NCBI GenBank assembly: GCA_965214705.1
Contig: OZ243972.1
Span: 800,001-864,000 of the forward strand
Direction of reading: 5' to 3'
Length of the DNA: 64,000 bases
Origin: Alphaproteobacteria bacterium
GTDB lineage: Bacteria; Pseudomonadota; Alphaproteobacteria; UBA828
The translations under genes were made by a program, and so were the position numbers. Below, piece by piece: positions 40,479-49,852 of this stretch; position 1 is the stretch's first letter, and the number at the start of each line of letters is the position of its first letter. The notes beneath the pieces were generated by a model. It had not been told where the DNA came from. It ran no database searches and saw nothing but the letters and a program-made list of their open reading frames with translations.

Positions 40479-42638
40479 CCCAAGTTGGCACTTTTCCGCT
40501 GCCTGTGTTCCCTATTGGTTTGATTCAACGCGATATTTTTCTCGGTCGATTCCAACATGGCCCCACATTTTGTGAGATTCTGTCAGCTCATCAGACGGGT
40601 CCTCGTGCGGTGGATGGCGGGGTCCACGCCCGCCGCCGAGGAGATTGCGGCAACCTCGGCGGCCGGGCGCGTGTCCTGGCGGTTGACGATCAAGGTGCCG
40701 TCGGTCTGGCGCAGGCGCGTGGTGATCCGCACCCAGGTCCGCATGCTCTCGCGGATCGACGCCCAGCACTTGTGGATGCCGCGCGCGGCCAGCCGGGTAC
40801 GGATCAGATGCACGGCGTGGTAGGCCAGCACGGCGATCAGCAGGTGGGCCGCGATGCGCCGGTCGAGCTGGTGCCAGATCGGGCGAAGGCCGAGCTCGGA
40901 TTTCAGGCTCCGGAATGTCGCCTCGATATCCGTGATCCGCCAGTACGTCCGCAGGACCGTCTCGATGTCCCAGTCGACGTGGCTGGTGCGCAGCACATAG
41001 GCACCGGCGCCCTCATCGGCCTCGTCGTATCGCGGCCTGCGCTTGAAGCGCACGGCGGTGGCATTGGGGCCGGTTTTCGCCCTCTCGACCGTGATCTCGT
41101 AGTGCCTGGCGACGGCGGAGAAGCGCTGCTTGAGGCGGCCTATGCTCTCCAGCACCTTGTCGTAGCGCTTGAGGCGGCCCTTGACCGGGAGGCCGCCGTG
41201 GAGCCTTTCCAGCGCCGCCTCGAAGCGGTTCCGCCTCAGGCCGATGATCGCGTTCTCGGCCTTCTTCTTGCCCTCGCTGACGACGTAGAGCCGCGCCTCG
41301 CCGTCCTCGCTGGCAAGCCGCCAGGCCCGCACCTCGTGGCGCGCGCTGGTGATCAGCAGGGCCTCGGGTCCGCCCTCGGGCGGCGCAGGCCTGGCACCGC
41401 GGCTGACCGCGATCCAGTCGTAGCCCTGCTCGCCCAGCCAGACGATGTTCTCCTCGGTGGCGATGCCCGCGTCCATGACCACCGTGGGCTTCGGCGCCGT
41501 GCCGCCGCACACCGCCTCGAGCCGCGCCAGCGCCTCGTGCAGCGTGCCCGGCTCGCTCACGTTGCCCGGCAGGATCTCGCAACTGCGCGGGAAGCCCGCG
41601 CCGTCGAGCGCCAGCGCCAGCGTGATGAGGGGACAGTCGTCGCGCTTCTGCTTGGAGCGCCCGAACCTGGGAAGCTCGCCGCCCGTGTGGCCGTGGTAGT
41701 GGACGTTGGTGAGATCGTAGAAGGCGATCGTCTCGGGCAGGTCGAGCAGTGCGCGCTCACGGTTGAACAGCTCCCGCTGGATGGCGGCGCGGTGGCGCCA
41801 GAGCAGGTCGCCGATGCGGTAGAGCGTCTTGCGCCGCAGCGCCTTGCGGTCGCCCTCCAGGCCCAGGAGCTCGGCGGCCGCGCTGTCGTGGCGGAGCCAG
41901 CGGCTGGTATCACGCTCGCTGGCGGGATGGACCATCCTGGCGACGATCAGCGCGCTGGCGATGCGCCCGTCGCGGCCCTTGATGTCGAGGCCGTGGAGGA
42001 TTTCGGCGAAGCCGAGGGCGTCGAGGGCCTTGAGGCACAGGCGCTCGCAGCCGACCGTGCGCGGGTTCTCGTGCTCCAGGGTATCGAGGTCGACGGTGGC
42101 GATGTCGGGCTTGCGCGCCTCTTCCTGCATCGCCTCGACGCGGAACCCCCTGGCCCTGAGCTTGGCGACGATGTCCTCGGCTGCGGCCCGCACATCCGCC
42201 TCGCCCTCGAACAGCGGCGGCTTGCCGTGAAGCAGCGCCTCGGCGAGTTCGGTGACGGCCTTCCACTTCTCGCGCGGCACCGGATAGTCGGTGCCGAGAT
42301 TGAGCAGCGTCCTGTGGCGCACCTTGTCGCCGACGCGCTGGGCGAGCACGAGGCGATGGCTTCGGACCGGCTGGCCGGCCTTGTCGGTGTGTGTCCTGGT
42401 TGCCTTGATGTACATGGCGGCGCCGTTTCTGCGATGCCTGTTTCGCATACACGGCGTTCGCGGCATCTGGCAAGAGGGATATCGACTCAACTCAAAAGTC
42501 CTGGCCCCACAATTGGCTTCCAGGACCACGAATGGCAAATGTGGGTCTCAGGTGTCCTCCAACCCCAACATCTAGTGGTTCAGCGCCGCAAAACTGGCTC
42601 GAACAGGCTCGGCTGGTCGGAAAAAGTGCCAACTTGGG
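40479..42638 (-). mobile_element. IS1634-family insertion sequence
   Basis: 17-bp perfect TIR CCCAAGTTGGCACTTTT at both ends; TAAA (or GTAAA) target duplication. Confidence 0.9.
40583..42415 (-). CDS. IS1634-family transposase
   Basis: YDLTN, FGRSKQKRDD, VMDAGI, IEATFRSLKSELGLRPIWHQ. Confidence 0.92.
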   Translation of the reverse strand: MYIKATRTHTDKAGQPVRSHRLVLAQRVGDKVRHRTLLNLGTDYPVPREKWKAVTELAEALLHGKPPLFEGEADVRAAAEDIVAKLRARGFRVEAMQEEARKPDIATVDLDTLEHENPRTVGCERLCLKALDALGFAEILHGLDIKGRDGRIASALIVARMVHPASERDTSRWLRHDSAAAELLGLEGDRKALRRKTLYRIGDLLWRHRAAIQRELFNRERALLDLPETIAFYDLTNVHYHGHTGGELPRFGRSKQKRDDCPLITLALALDGAGFPRSCEILPGNVSEPGTLHEALARLEAVCGGTAPKPTVVMDAGIATEENIVWLGEQGYDWIAVSRGARPAPPEGGPEALLITSARHEVRAWRLASEDGEARLYVVSEGKKKAENAIIGLRRNRFEAALERLHGGLPVKGRLKRYDKVLESIGRLKQRFSAVARHYEITVERAKTGPNATAVRFKRRPRYDEADEGAGAYVLRTSHVDWDIETVLRTYWRITDIEATFRSLKSELGLRPIWHQLDRRIAAHLLIAVLAYHAVHLIRTRLAARGIHKCWASIRESMRTWVRITTRLRQTDGTLIVNRQDTRPAAEVAAISSAAGVDPAIHRTRTRLMS

Positions 42639-43129
42639 TAAAGATGACAGAGCTGCGGAGGCGTGTCCTGGAGCTGCTTTGGGCGAGCGGTCGGCCGACG
42701 GGCGCCTACGAACTGATCGAAGCGGTCAAGCTCAGAGACTCGCGTCCGGTCGGGCCGCCGACCGTGTACCGGGCGCTCGAGTTCCTGATGGCGCAGGGCC
42801 TCGTTTCCAGGATCGAAAGCCTGAACGCCTACGTCCCGTGCGCCCATCCCGAGCGCGACCACGATTGCCTTTTCTTCATCTGCAGCGGCTGCCGGGCATC
42901 GGTCGAGCTCGAGGATCCGCGGATCGGAGGACTACTTGCCGAGGATGCCGCCGTCCTCGGGTTCGCCGCGACACGTCGAATGGTCGAGGTCCAGGGCACG
43001 TGTGCACAGTGCGCAGAAGCCGGCGCGGCGTAGGCGGAAACGAGGAGCTCCACCCAGGGAGAGCCGGTATCCGGATGGAGCGTCGCGGCGGCTGGACGCA
43101 GGCGCCGCCGCTCGGCGGGGAGCGCTGAC

Positions 43130-43264
43130 ATGAGAACGCGGTACACCCCTTCAATCCGACTGCTGCCGCTCGGCGCCGGCCCGCGGCTGCTCGGGGCGGC
43201 CCTGATCGTTGCCGCGCTCTGGGGCGCGTTCTTCTGGGCGACGTCCACGCCGGGGGGGCCGTGA
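43130..43264 (+). CDS. Small (44 aa) single-TM protein preceding the Zn ABC ATPase
   Basis: MRTRYTPSIRLLPLGAGPRLLGAALIVAALWGAFFWATSTPGGP*; GGGGAG RBS; GTGA overlap with the next gene; below the ORF-track cutoff. Confidence 0.65.
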   Translation: MRTRYTPSIRLLPLGAGPRLLGAALIVAALWGAFFWATSTPGGP

Positions 43265-44004
43265 CCTACGCCCTCAAGTTTCAGGACCTGAGCCTCGGCT
43301 ACGACCGGCATCCGGCCGTGCATCGCCTGCACGGCGAGATCGCCGAGGGCAGCCTGACGGCCATCGTCGGACCCAACGGGGCCGGTAAATCCACGGTGCT
43401 GAAGGGGGTGACCGGCTCACTCCGCCCGCTCGAAGGACGGATCGCCTTCGGCGGGGTCGCGCGGGACGACATCGCCTACCTGCCGCAGCAATCGGACGTC
43501 GACCGGTCTTTCCCGATCGTAGTCTCCGACCTCGTGGCGATGGGCCTCTGGCGGGAGATCGGCGGCTTTGCGGGCTTGCGGGCCAGTCACCGCTCACGCG
43601 TCGCCGACGCAATTTCCGCGGTCGGCCTCGAAGGGTTCGAGAAGCGGCCGATCGGGTCGCTGTCGGGCGGGCAGTTACAGCGTGCGCTGTTTGCCCGCCT
43701 GCTGCTGCAGGACGCACGGCTCGTCCTGCTTGACGAGCCCTTCACGGCAATCGACGCGAGAACGGTGGCGGACCTGATCGGCGTGGTGCGGCGCTGGCAC
43801 GGCGAAGGCCGCACGGTGCTCGCCGTCTTGCACGACGTGGACACGGTACGGGCTCACTTCCCCCGCACGCTGATGCTGGCGCGCGAACTCGTCGCCCACG
43901 GACCCACGGCGCGGGTGCTGACGGCCGAGAACCAGTTCCGCGCGCGCCAGATGTGCGAGGCCTGCGTCGGCCCGCCGCATACTTGCGGGCGAAGCGCTGC
44001 ATGA
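43261..44004 (+). CDS. Zn/Mn ABC transporter ATP-binding protein (AztA/ZnuC-like)
   Basis: GPNGAGKST, YLPQ, LSGGQLQR, LDEPF, VLHD. Confidence 0.92.
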   Translation: MTYALKFQDLSLGYDRHPAVHRLHGEIAEGSLTAIVGPNGAGKSTVLKGVTGSLRPLEGRIAFGGVARDDIAYLPQQSDVDRSFPIVVSDLVAMGLWREIGGFAGLRASHRSRVADAISAVGLEGFEKRPIGSLSGGQLQRALFARLLLQDARLVLLDEPFTAIDARTVADLIGVVRRWHGEGRTVLAVLHDVDTVRAHFPRTLMLARELVAHGPTARVLTAENQFRARQMCEACVGPPHTCGRSAA

Positions 44005-44870
44005 TGTGGGAGCTCCTCGTCCAGCCCTTCGCCGATTTCGGCTTCATGCGGCGCGCGCTGATGGGCTGCATTGCGATCTCGGTCGGCGCGACACCGGTCG
44101 GGGTATTCCTGATGCTGCGCCGCATGAGCCTGACGGGCGACGCGATGGCCCATGCAATCCTGCCGGGTGCGGCAGTCGGGTTTCTCGTCTCGGGCCTCTC
44201 GCTGGGGGCGATGACCATCGGCGGGCTGATCGCAGGCATGGCCGTGGCGCTCCTCTCGGGCTTCGTGACCCGATTCACGGCGCTGCGCGAGGACGCGAGC
44301 CTGGCGGCCTTTTACCTGATCTCACTGGCGGTGGGCGTGCTGATCGTGTCCACCCGGGGCAGCAATGTCGACCTGATGCATGTGCTCTTCGGGACCGTGC
44401 TCGCGCTCGACGACGACGCCCTGACTCTGCTCTGTTCCATCGCGAGCATTTCGGTCTTCGCGCTCGCGGCCCTGTTCCGGCCGCTCGTGCTCGAATGCGC
44501 GGATCCGCAGTTCCTGCGCTCGGTGAGCGGGCTCAGCGCCATGACGCATTTCGCGTTTCTTGCTCTCGTCGTGCTCAACCTCGTGGCCGGCTTTCACGCG
44601 CTCGGCACGCTGATGGCCGTCGGCATCATGATCCTTCCCGCCGCCGCCGCGCGGTTCTGGGCCGTCGGCATCGGCGCCCTGATCGCCGTCGCGGTCTCGG
44701 TCGCGATGCTCTCGAGCCTGAGCGGCCTTCTGCTCTCCTACCACTTCAGCCTGCCCTCCGGGCCGGCGATCATTCTTGTCGCGGGTCTCGCCTACGCGCT
44801 GTCGCTGGTCTTCGGACCGGTGGGCGGTCTCGCCGGGCGGGCCTTCCCGCGTCGCCATCTCGAAGCCTGA
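44001..44870 (+). CDS. Zn/Mn ABC transporter permease (AztB/ZnuB-like)
   Basis: LRRMSLTGDAMAHAILPG, HVLFG, LPSGPAI. Confidence 0.92.
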   Translation: MMWELLVQPFADFGFMRRALMGCIAISVGATPVGVFLMLRRMSLTGDAMAHAILPGAAVGFLVSGLSLGAMTIGGLIAGMAVALLSGFVTRFTALREDASLAAFYLISLAVGVLIVSTRGSNVDLMHVLFGTVLALDDDALTLLCSIASISVFALAALFRPLVLECADPQFLRSVSGLSAMTHFAFLALVVLNLVAGFHALGTLMAVGIMILPAAAARFWAVGIGALIAVAVSVAMLSSLSGLLLSYHFSLPSGPAIILVAGLAYALSLVFGPVGGLAGRAFPRRHLEA

Positions 44871-44881
44871 AAGGAGTATCA

Positions 44882-45964
44882 ATGCTCACCCGCAGAACGC
44901 TTCTGATATCCGCCACCGCCCTCTTCGCCCTGTCGCTCGCCGCTCCGGCCATCGCAGAGACCGACAAACCGACCCCGGTGGTCGCCACCTTCTCGATCCT
45001 CGGCGACATGGTGAAGCGGATCGGCGGAGAGCACGTCGCTCTCACGACGCTCGTGGGCCCCGACGGGGATACGCATGTCTACCAGCCGACCCCCGCCGAT
45101 GCGCGGGCCCTCAGCGAAGCGAGGATCCTTGTCGTCAACGGGCTGCAGTTCGAAGGCTGGCTGGACCGTCTGATCGACGCTTCGGACTTTCGCGGTATCC
45201 GGGTGGTGGCGACCGACGGCATCGAGCCGATCGCGTTCGACGATGAGCACGGTCACGATGACGACCACGAAGAGCATGCGGAGGAGGTCGGGCATGACCA
45301 CGATCACGATGACCAGGCCGAGGTCGATCATGATGATGAGCACGAGGAGCATGCCGAGACGGCGATGCACGATCATGACGACGACCACGATGACGAGGCG
45401 CATGCCGAGGCAGGCCACGACCACCATGACCATGGCGCTTTCGACCCGCACGGCTGGCAGAGCCTCGGCAACGCCGTAGCCTATGTCGACAACATCACTG
45501 CCGCTCTGGCTCAGGCCGATCCGGCGAACGCGGCCGACTTCTACCAAAGCCGCGCAGCTTATGTCGCCGAGATCGAGGCGCTCGATGCAGAGATCCGCGA
45601 GATCATGGCAGCCCTGTCGGCCGATCGCCGCATCGTCGTCACCTCGCACGACGCGTTCCAGTATTTCGGCGGCGATTATGGGCTGACCTTCATCGCGCCG
45701 CAGGGGCTCAGCACCGAGTCGGAGGCATCCGCAAAGGATGTCGCCCGCCTCATCCAACAGATCCGTGAGCGGGGCATTCGTGCCGTCTTCATCGAGAACA
45801 TTGGCGATAGGCGCCTGCTCGAGCAGATCGCCAACGAGACCGGGGCCACCATCGGCGGCACGCTCTATCCCGGTGCGCTGTCCGGCCCGGACGGTCCGGC
45901 ACCGACCTACCTCGACATGATGCGGCACAACGCGACGACGCTCGCGCAGGCGCTGGCTTCGTAA
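44882..45964 (+). CDS. Cluster A-I metal (Zn) solute-binding protein with long His/Asp-rich loop
   Basis: VVATFSILGD, DTHVYQPT, DPHGW, TSHDAF, His-rich insert. Confidence 0.92.
   Translation: MLTRRTLLISATALFALSLAAPAIAETDKPTPVVATFSILGDMVKRIGGEHVALTTLVGPDGDTHVYQPTPADARALSEARILVVNGLQFEGWLDRLIDASDFRGIRVVATDGIEPIAFDDEHGHDDDHEEHAEEVGHDHDHDDQAEVDHDDEHEEHAETAMHDHDDDHDDEAHAEAGHDHHDHGAFDPHGWQSLGNAVAYVDNITAALAQADPANAADFYQSRAAYVAEIEALDAEIREIMAALSADRRIVVTSHDAFQYFGGDYGLTFIAPQGLSTESEASAKDVARLIQQIRERGIRAVFIENIGDRRLLEQIANETGATIGGTLYPGALSGPDGPAPTYLDMMRHNATTLAQALAS
45241..45435 (+). repeat. Low-complexity His/Asp/Glu repeat coding segment
   Basis: GAC/CAC/GAT/CAT-rich; HEEHAE occurs twice; about 18 His by manual count. 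Confidence 0.8.
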
Positions 45965-46141
45965 GGTTTGGCGCACAGCCTTCGAAAGCCGGGACGCCGG
46001 ACTTCCAGGGACGAGAGGGACAGGTCGGCACACCACGCATGAGGTCGTGTCCCGAACAGCGCTTTCAGCCAGCATCTACGAACGGAGTAGAGGCCGCTGG
46101 GTGCGACTGAACGACTTCAAAGATTGAAGGAGACGGAATCC

Positions 46142-47098
46142 ATGAACCAGATCCCCGTTACCGTTCTGACCGGCTATCTCGGCGCCGGCAAGACAACGCT
46201 CCTGAACCGCATCCTGACCGAGGAGCACGGCAAGAAATACGCCGTGGTCGTCAACGAGTTCGGCGAAATCGGCATCGACAACGACCTCGTGGTCAACGCC
46301 GACGAGGAAGTGTTCGAGATGAACAACGGTTGCATCTGCTGCACCGTACGCGGGGATCTGATTCGCATCCTTGGCGGTTTGATGAAACGGCAAGACGGCT
46401 TCGATGGAATCCTCATCGAGACCACGGGCCTTGCCGATCCCGCGCCCGTCGCCCAGACCTTCTTCGTGGACGAAGACGTTCGGCGACGGACCTGGCTCGA
46501 TTCGATCGTAACGGTGGTCGACGCCCGCCATGTCGTCCGGCGGCTGGAAGACAGCCATGAGGCGCTGGAACAGATTGCCTTTGCCGACGTCATCCTTCTC
46601 AACAAGACGGATCTTGTGCCGGCCGATGAGCTGGCGCAGGTGGAAACGCGCATCCGTTCGATCAATGCGACGGCGGCTATCCATCGCACACAGCGATGCG
46701 AGGTGGGTCTCGACACGGTTCTGGGGCGCCGAGCCTTCGATCTTGATCGCATCCTGGCGATCGAGCCGGACTTTCTTTCGGAAGACGACCATGAACACGA
46801 CGATGCCGTGAAGAGCGTCTGCCTGCGCACCGACCGGCCGTTGGACGGAACCCGCCTCACAGGGTGGTTGCAGCGCCTACTCGCCGAGCGTGGTCAAGAC
46901 TTTCTGCGAACCAAAGGGATCCTGTCGATCGCCGGTCAGGACAAGCAGTTTGTCGTCCAGGCGGTCCATATGCTGATGGAGGGTAATTTCACGAAGCCGT
47001 GGAGCCCTAACGAGAAACGAGAGAGTCGCTTGGTCTTCATCGGACGAAACATCGATGAGCTGGAGCTGCGTCAGCAGTTCGACGCCTGCATCGCATGA
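46142..47098 (+). CDS. COG0523/CobW family GTPase (metallochaperone)
   Basis: GYLGAGKTT, NEFGE, GCICC, ETTGLADP, NKTD, CobW_C region. Confidence 0.92.
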   Translation: MNQIPVTVLTGYLGAGKTTLLNRILTEEHGKKYAVVVNEFGEIGIDNDLVVNADEEVFEMNNGCICCTVRGDLIRILGGLMKRQDGFDGILIETTGLADPAPVAQTFFVDEDVRRRTWLDSIVTVVDARHVVRRLEDSHEALEQIAFADVILLNKTDLVPADELAQVETRIRSINATAAIHRTQRCEVGLDTVLGRRAFDLDRILAIEPDFLSEDDHEHDDAVKSVCLRTDRPLDGTRLTGWLQRLLAERGQDFLRTKGILSIAGQDKQFVVQAVHMLMEGNFTKPWSPNEKRESRLVFIGRNIDELELRQQFDACIA

Positions 47099-48150
47099 GC
47101 TTGTCCGCTGAGCTGGACAAGACGTCGCTGCTCGATCGTATCGGCACCGGCCGCTCGCTCGACGCTTATGTGGTGGGCGTTGCGTTCCTTGAGGAGGGAT
47201 TGCTCGCGGCTGCACTCGGGGACGGTCGGGTCGCGTTCATCGACAGCGAGAGCACGAATCCTCCCTCCTTCGTTTCGGTGCACGACGGGGCTTGTCTGTC
47301 GCTGGCCGTCGACTTGGGGCAGCAGCGCGTTCTGACGGGCGGAGACGACGCTCGGCTGGTGAGCACCGATACCGACGGCGAGACCACCGAAATCGCAGCC
47401 ATTGCGGGGCGATGGGTCGAGCCGATTGCCGTGAGCAGGGCATCCGGACTATGCGCTGCGGTCTTCGGCAAGACAGTTTCCCTTTTCGCGCAAGATGGAA
47501 GAGCGGTTGGAGCGTTCGATCATGCGAACACGGTCGGCGGTCTGGCATTCGACCCGAAAGGGCGGCGGATCGCTGCCGCGCACTACGGTGGAGTCAGCCT
47601 CTGGTGGGCGAAGCCCAGCACGCAGAAACCCAAACGACTCAGCTGGTCGGGTTCGCACCTTAGTCTGACCTGGAGCCCGGACGGGAAATACATCGTCACC
47701 GCAATGCAGGAGAACTTGCTGCACGGTTGGCGTATCTCCGACAGCGCCGATATGCAGATGCCTGGCTACCCGACGAAGGTCAAGTCGATGAGCTGGCTGC
47801 CGAAGGGAAGGTATCTGGCGACCGCCGGCGCGGAGTCCGTGGTTTGTTGGCCATTCCACGGCAAGGGCGGCCCACTGGGCAAGGCGGCGCTCGACCTCGG
47901 GTGGGGCTTCGAGGGTGTGGTGACGGTGGTGGCTGCCCACCCCCGGCATGACGTTGTCGCCGCCGGATACGAGGACGGTGCCACCATCCTCGTGCAGATC
48001 GACCGCGATCATCCGGTTGTGGTCAAGCGACCCGGCAAGGGCGCTGTGACCGCACTCGCCTGGTCGGCAGATGGGCAGCATCTCGCACTCGGTACCGAGA
48101 GCAGCTTTGTCGGCCGAATTAGCCTTTCCGACTGGCGGACTCCATCATGA
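47095..48150 (+). CDS. WD40 repeat protein (typical CobW neighbour)
   Basis: TGGDD, WSPDGKYIVTAMQEN.LHGWR, M.GYP.KVKS, WPF.GK.GP. Confidence 0.85.
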   Translation: MSLSAELDKTSLLDRIGTGRSLDAYVVGVAFLEEGLLAAALGDGRVAFIDSESTNPPSFVSVHDGACLSLAVDLGQQRVLTGGDDARLVSTDTDGETTEIAAIAGRWVEPIAVSRASGLCAAVFGKTVSLFAQDGRAVGAFDHANTVGGLAFDPKGRRIAAAHYGGVSLWWAKPSTQKPKRLSWSGSHLSLTWSPDGKYIVTAMQENLLHGWRISDSADMQMPGYPTKVKSMSWLPKGRYLATAGAESVVCWPFHGKGGPLGKAALDLGWGFEGVVTVVAAHPRHDVVAAGYEDGATILVQIDRDHPVVVKRPGKGAVTALAWSADGQHLALGTESSFVGRISLSDWRTPS

Positions 48151-48184
48151 GCGCGAACAGAGGAACTCCAATCGAGGTTCTTCC

Positions 48185-48394
48185 ATGAAACGGAGGGCAA
48201 AACGCGCGCAATCCCCATGCATCGACGTCTGCCGACTCGACCCGAAGACGGGGTGGTGCCTGGGCTGTGGCAGGACCGCCGCCGAGATCGGAGAATGGCG
48301 CAAGCTCACACCGTTCCGCCGAGGCCGGCTTGAACGGGAATTCGCGCGGCGCCTGGTGAAGCTCGGACAGCGCACGCCATTGGAACACGAATGA
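48185..48394 (+). CDS. DUF1289 family small Cys-rich protein
   Basis: SPCIDVCRLD....WCLGCGRT..EI..W. Confidence 0.85.
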   Translation: MKRRAKRAQSPCIDVCRLDPKTGWCLGCGRTAAEIGEWRKLTPFRRGRLEREFARRLVKLGQRTPLEHE

Positions 48395-48509
48395 AACGGT
48401 TGGCGATCACTATTCACGATCCATGAACCCAGTTTCTGGCGGTTTTTGTGTGCGAGGCGTACCCCGGAGATAGCGATCTCAGAAGTGCCGATTTGGGTCG
48501 GGCTCGTTG

Positions 48510-48701
48510 GGCCGAAGGAGGATTCGAGAGCGCCGCCCGCGCCGGCCATCCGGCCGCGACGCTGTGCCCCGCGAGGACGAGGCGCGCGCGGCCGACGAGC
48601 TCGATCTGCTGCCGGACGGGTCTGCCATCGCCGAGATGCTGGGCGACCATGCGGTGATTCGGGAGCAGGCTCGGGCGTGCGCTGATCACAAGACCAGGTA
48701 G
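48510..48701 (+). pseudogene. Possible prophage small-protein remnant (lysis-cassette type)
   Basis: TLCP in one frame, then ARAADELDLLPDGSAIAEMLGDHAVIREQARAC in another; resembles small alphaproteobacterial prophage proteins from memory. Confidence 0.3.
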
Positions 48702-48722
48702 AGCCAGCAAGCCCGCATCGGC

Positions 48723-49142
48723 TCAGGAGAAGGAAGTCTGGCCCTCTATCAATTCGTGGGTGCAATCGAGCGGCGGAATACGCGCAAGGATGCCGCTTCG
48801 CATGCTCGGGGGCCGCTTGTTACGCTCCACGAACCCATCGCTTCGCGACAGCCACATCCGGACTGCTACGAGAATATCGTCGACGTGGCGTGCCGGATCC
48901 AGGTCGCCGAACAGGTATGTGAATCGGTCGCGATGAGAGAACGCAATAACGCAGGGGCGCAAACACTGACTCATGCAGCGTACGCGGCGCAGATTGAAAG
49001 GTGGCGGCAAAACTGCACCAAATAGGGACTGTTGCAATGCACTCGCCAGCACCGCGCCAGGGCGCTGGCGGTTTGCAGTGTCTGGCCAGCCCTGCGGTCG
49101 ACAGCGCGTGCATACCGAAATGGTCGGTAGCTCAATAATCAT
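48723..49142 (-). CDS. DUF1636 family metal-binding protein
   Basis: VCTRCR, CMSQCLRPC.IAF, YLFGDL, RP..MR.GILARIPP. Confidence 0.85.
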   Translation of the reverse strand: MIIELPTISVCTRCRPQGWPDTANRQRPGAVLASALQQSLFGAVLPPPFNLRRVRCMSQCLRPCVIAFSHRDRFTYLFGDLDPARHVDDILVAVRMWLSRSDGFVERNKRPPSMRSGILARIPPLDCTHELIEGQTSFS

Positions 49143-49852
49143 GATAGCGGCGTCTCGTGTTCGACCCCTCTCGGCCACGGCTCCGGAGATGCGTCCGATC
49201 GCTTGTTGAGGGAGAGCAGCAATCGCGTGCAGCCAGTGCCCGCGATGGGCGGCGAGCGGTGCACGATTCCGCTGCCTGGTCCGGCGCAGTTTCCCTTGAA
49301 TATCGCCACGTCGTTGCCACGGATGTGCTCTAGCGGCCCTTTGAACCGCTTCTGTGCGCGCAACGCCCGCTCGGCGTGGATCGATTGGACCCACTCGGTG
49401 CCGGGACCGCGGTACGTTGTCAGGAGGCGCGCCTCCACGTAGTCCCGGTGGAACTTCCAGCAGGAATCGTGGCTGACGCGCGCCAGCCTTACATCAACGA
49501 GATCACTCCGGGCGATGCCAGCAAAAGCCGAGACGAGATCATCGACGTCCCCGACCAGCAGGTCGCGCATGTCTCCGGCAGGCATACCAATTTCGTCCAA
49601 ATGCGGTTCCACCGCACGTCGAAGGTCGCCGGGCCGGACAAGAATACGCAGGTCGGGAAGACACGAAGCATCCATTCGGTCGAGCCATGTCTGCAGGCAC
49701 ATGGGAAGCGCGCGCCGCCAGATCACGAGCTCCATGTTGGGCTTGTTAATGGCGGCGAGGCCTTCCGCTGCGTCGCACGTCGCGATGCCCACGCCCAACG
49801 TGGCGGAGGTCCTAACGGACTCACCTTCCAGGGATACCGACGGAACGGTCAT
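49139..49852 (-). CDS. DUF1826 domain protein
   Basis: LVIWRR, CWKFHRD....[20 protein letters not shown]....RLLL. Confidence 0.88.
   Translation of the reverse strand: MTVPSVSLEGESVRTSATLGVGIATCDAAEGLAAINKPNMELVIWRRALPMCLQTWLDRMDASCLPDLRILVRPGDLRRAVEPHLDEIGMPAGDMRDLLVGDVDDLVSAFAGIARSDLVDVRLARVSHDSCWKFHRDYVEARLLTTYRGPGTEWVQSIHAERALRAQKRFKGPLEHIRGNDVAIFKGNCAGPGSGIVHRSPPIAGTGCTRLLLSLNKRSDASPEPWPRGVEHETPLS

Larger units (their letters stand above)
40363..43033 (+). pseudogene. zur: Zur (Fur family) regulator interrupted by IS1634 (5' part 40363-40478, 3' part 42643-43033)
   Basis: Removing the IS and one TAAA copy restores ...CEGRGV-K-MTELRRRVLE..GAYE..PPTVYRALEFL..CSGC..CAQC in frame (168 aa). 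Confidence 0.85.

Noticed and set aside
40505-43033. 842-aa plus-strand ORF ending in a Fur domain as a novel fusion
   Set aside because: It is the antisense shadow of the IS1634 transposase running into the 3' half of the interrupted zur
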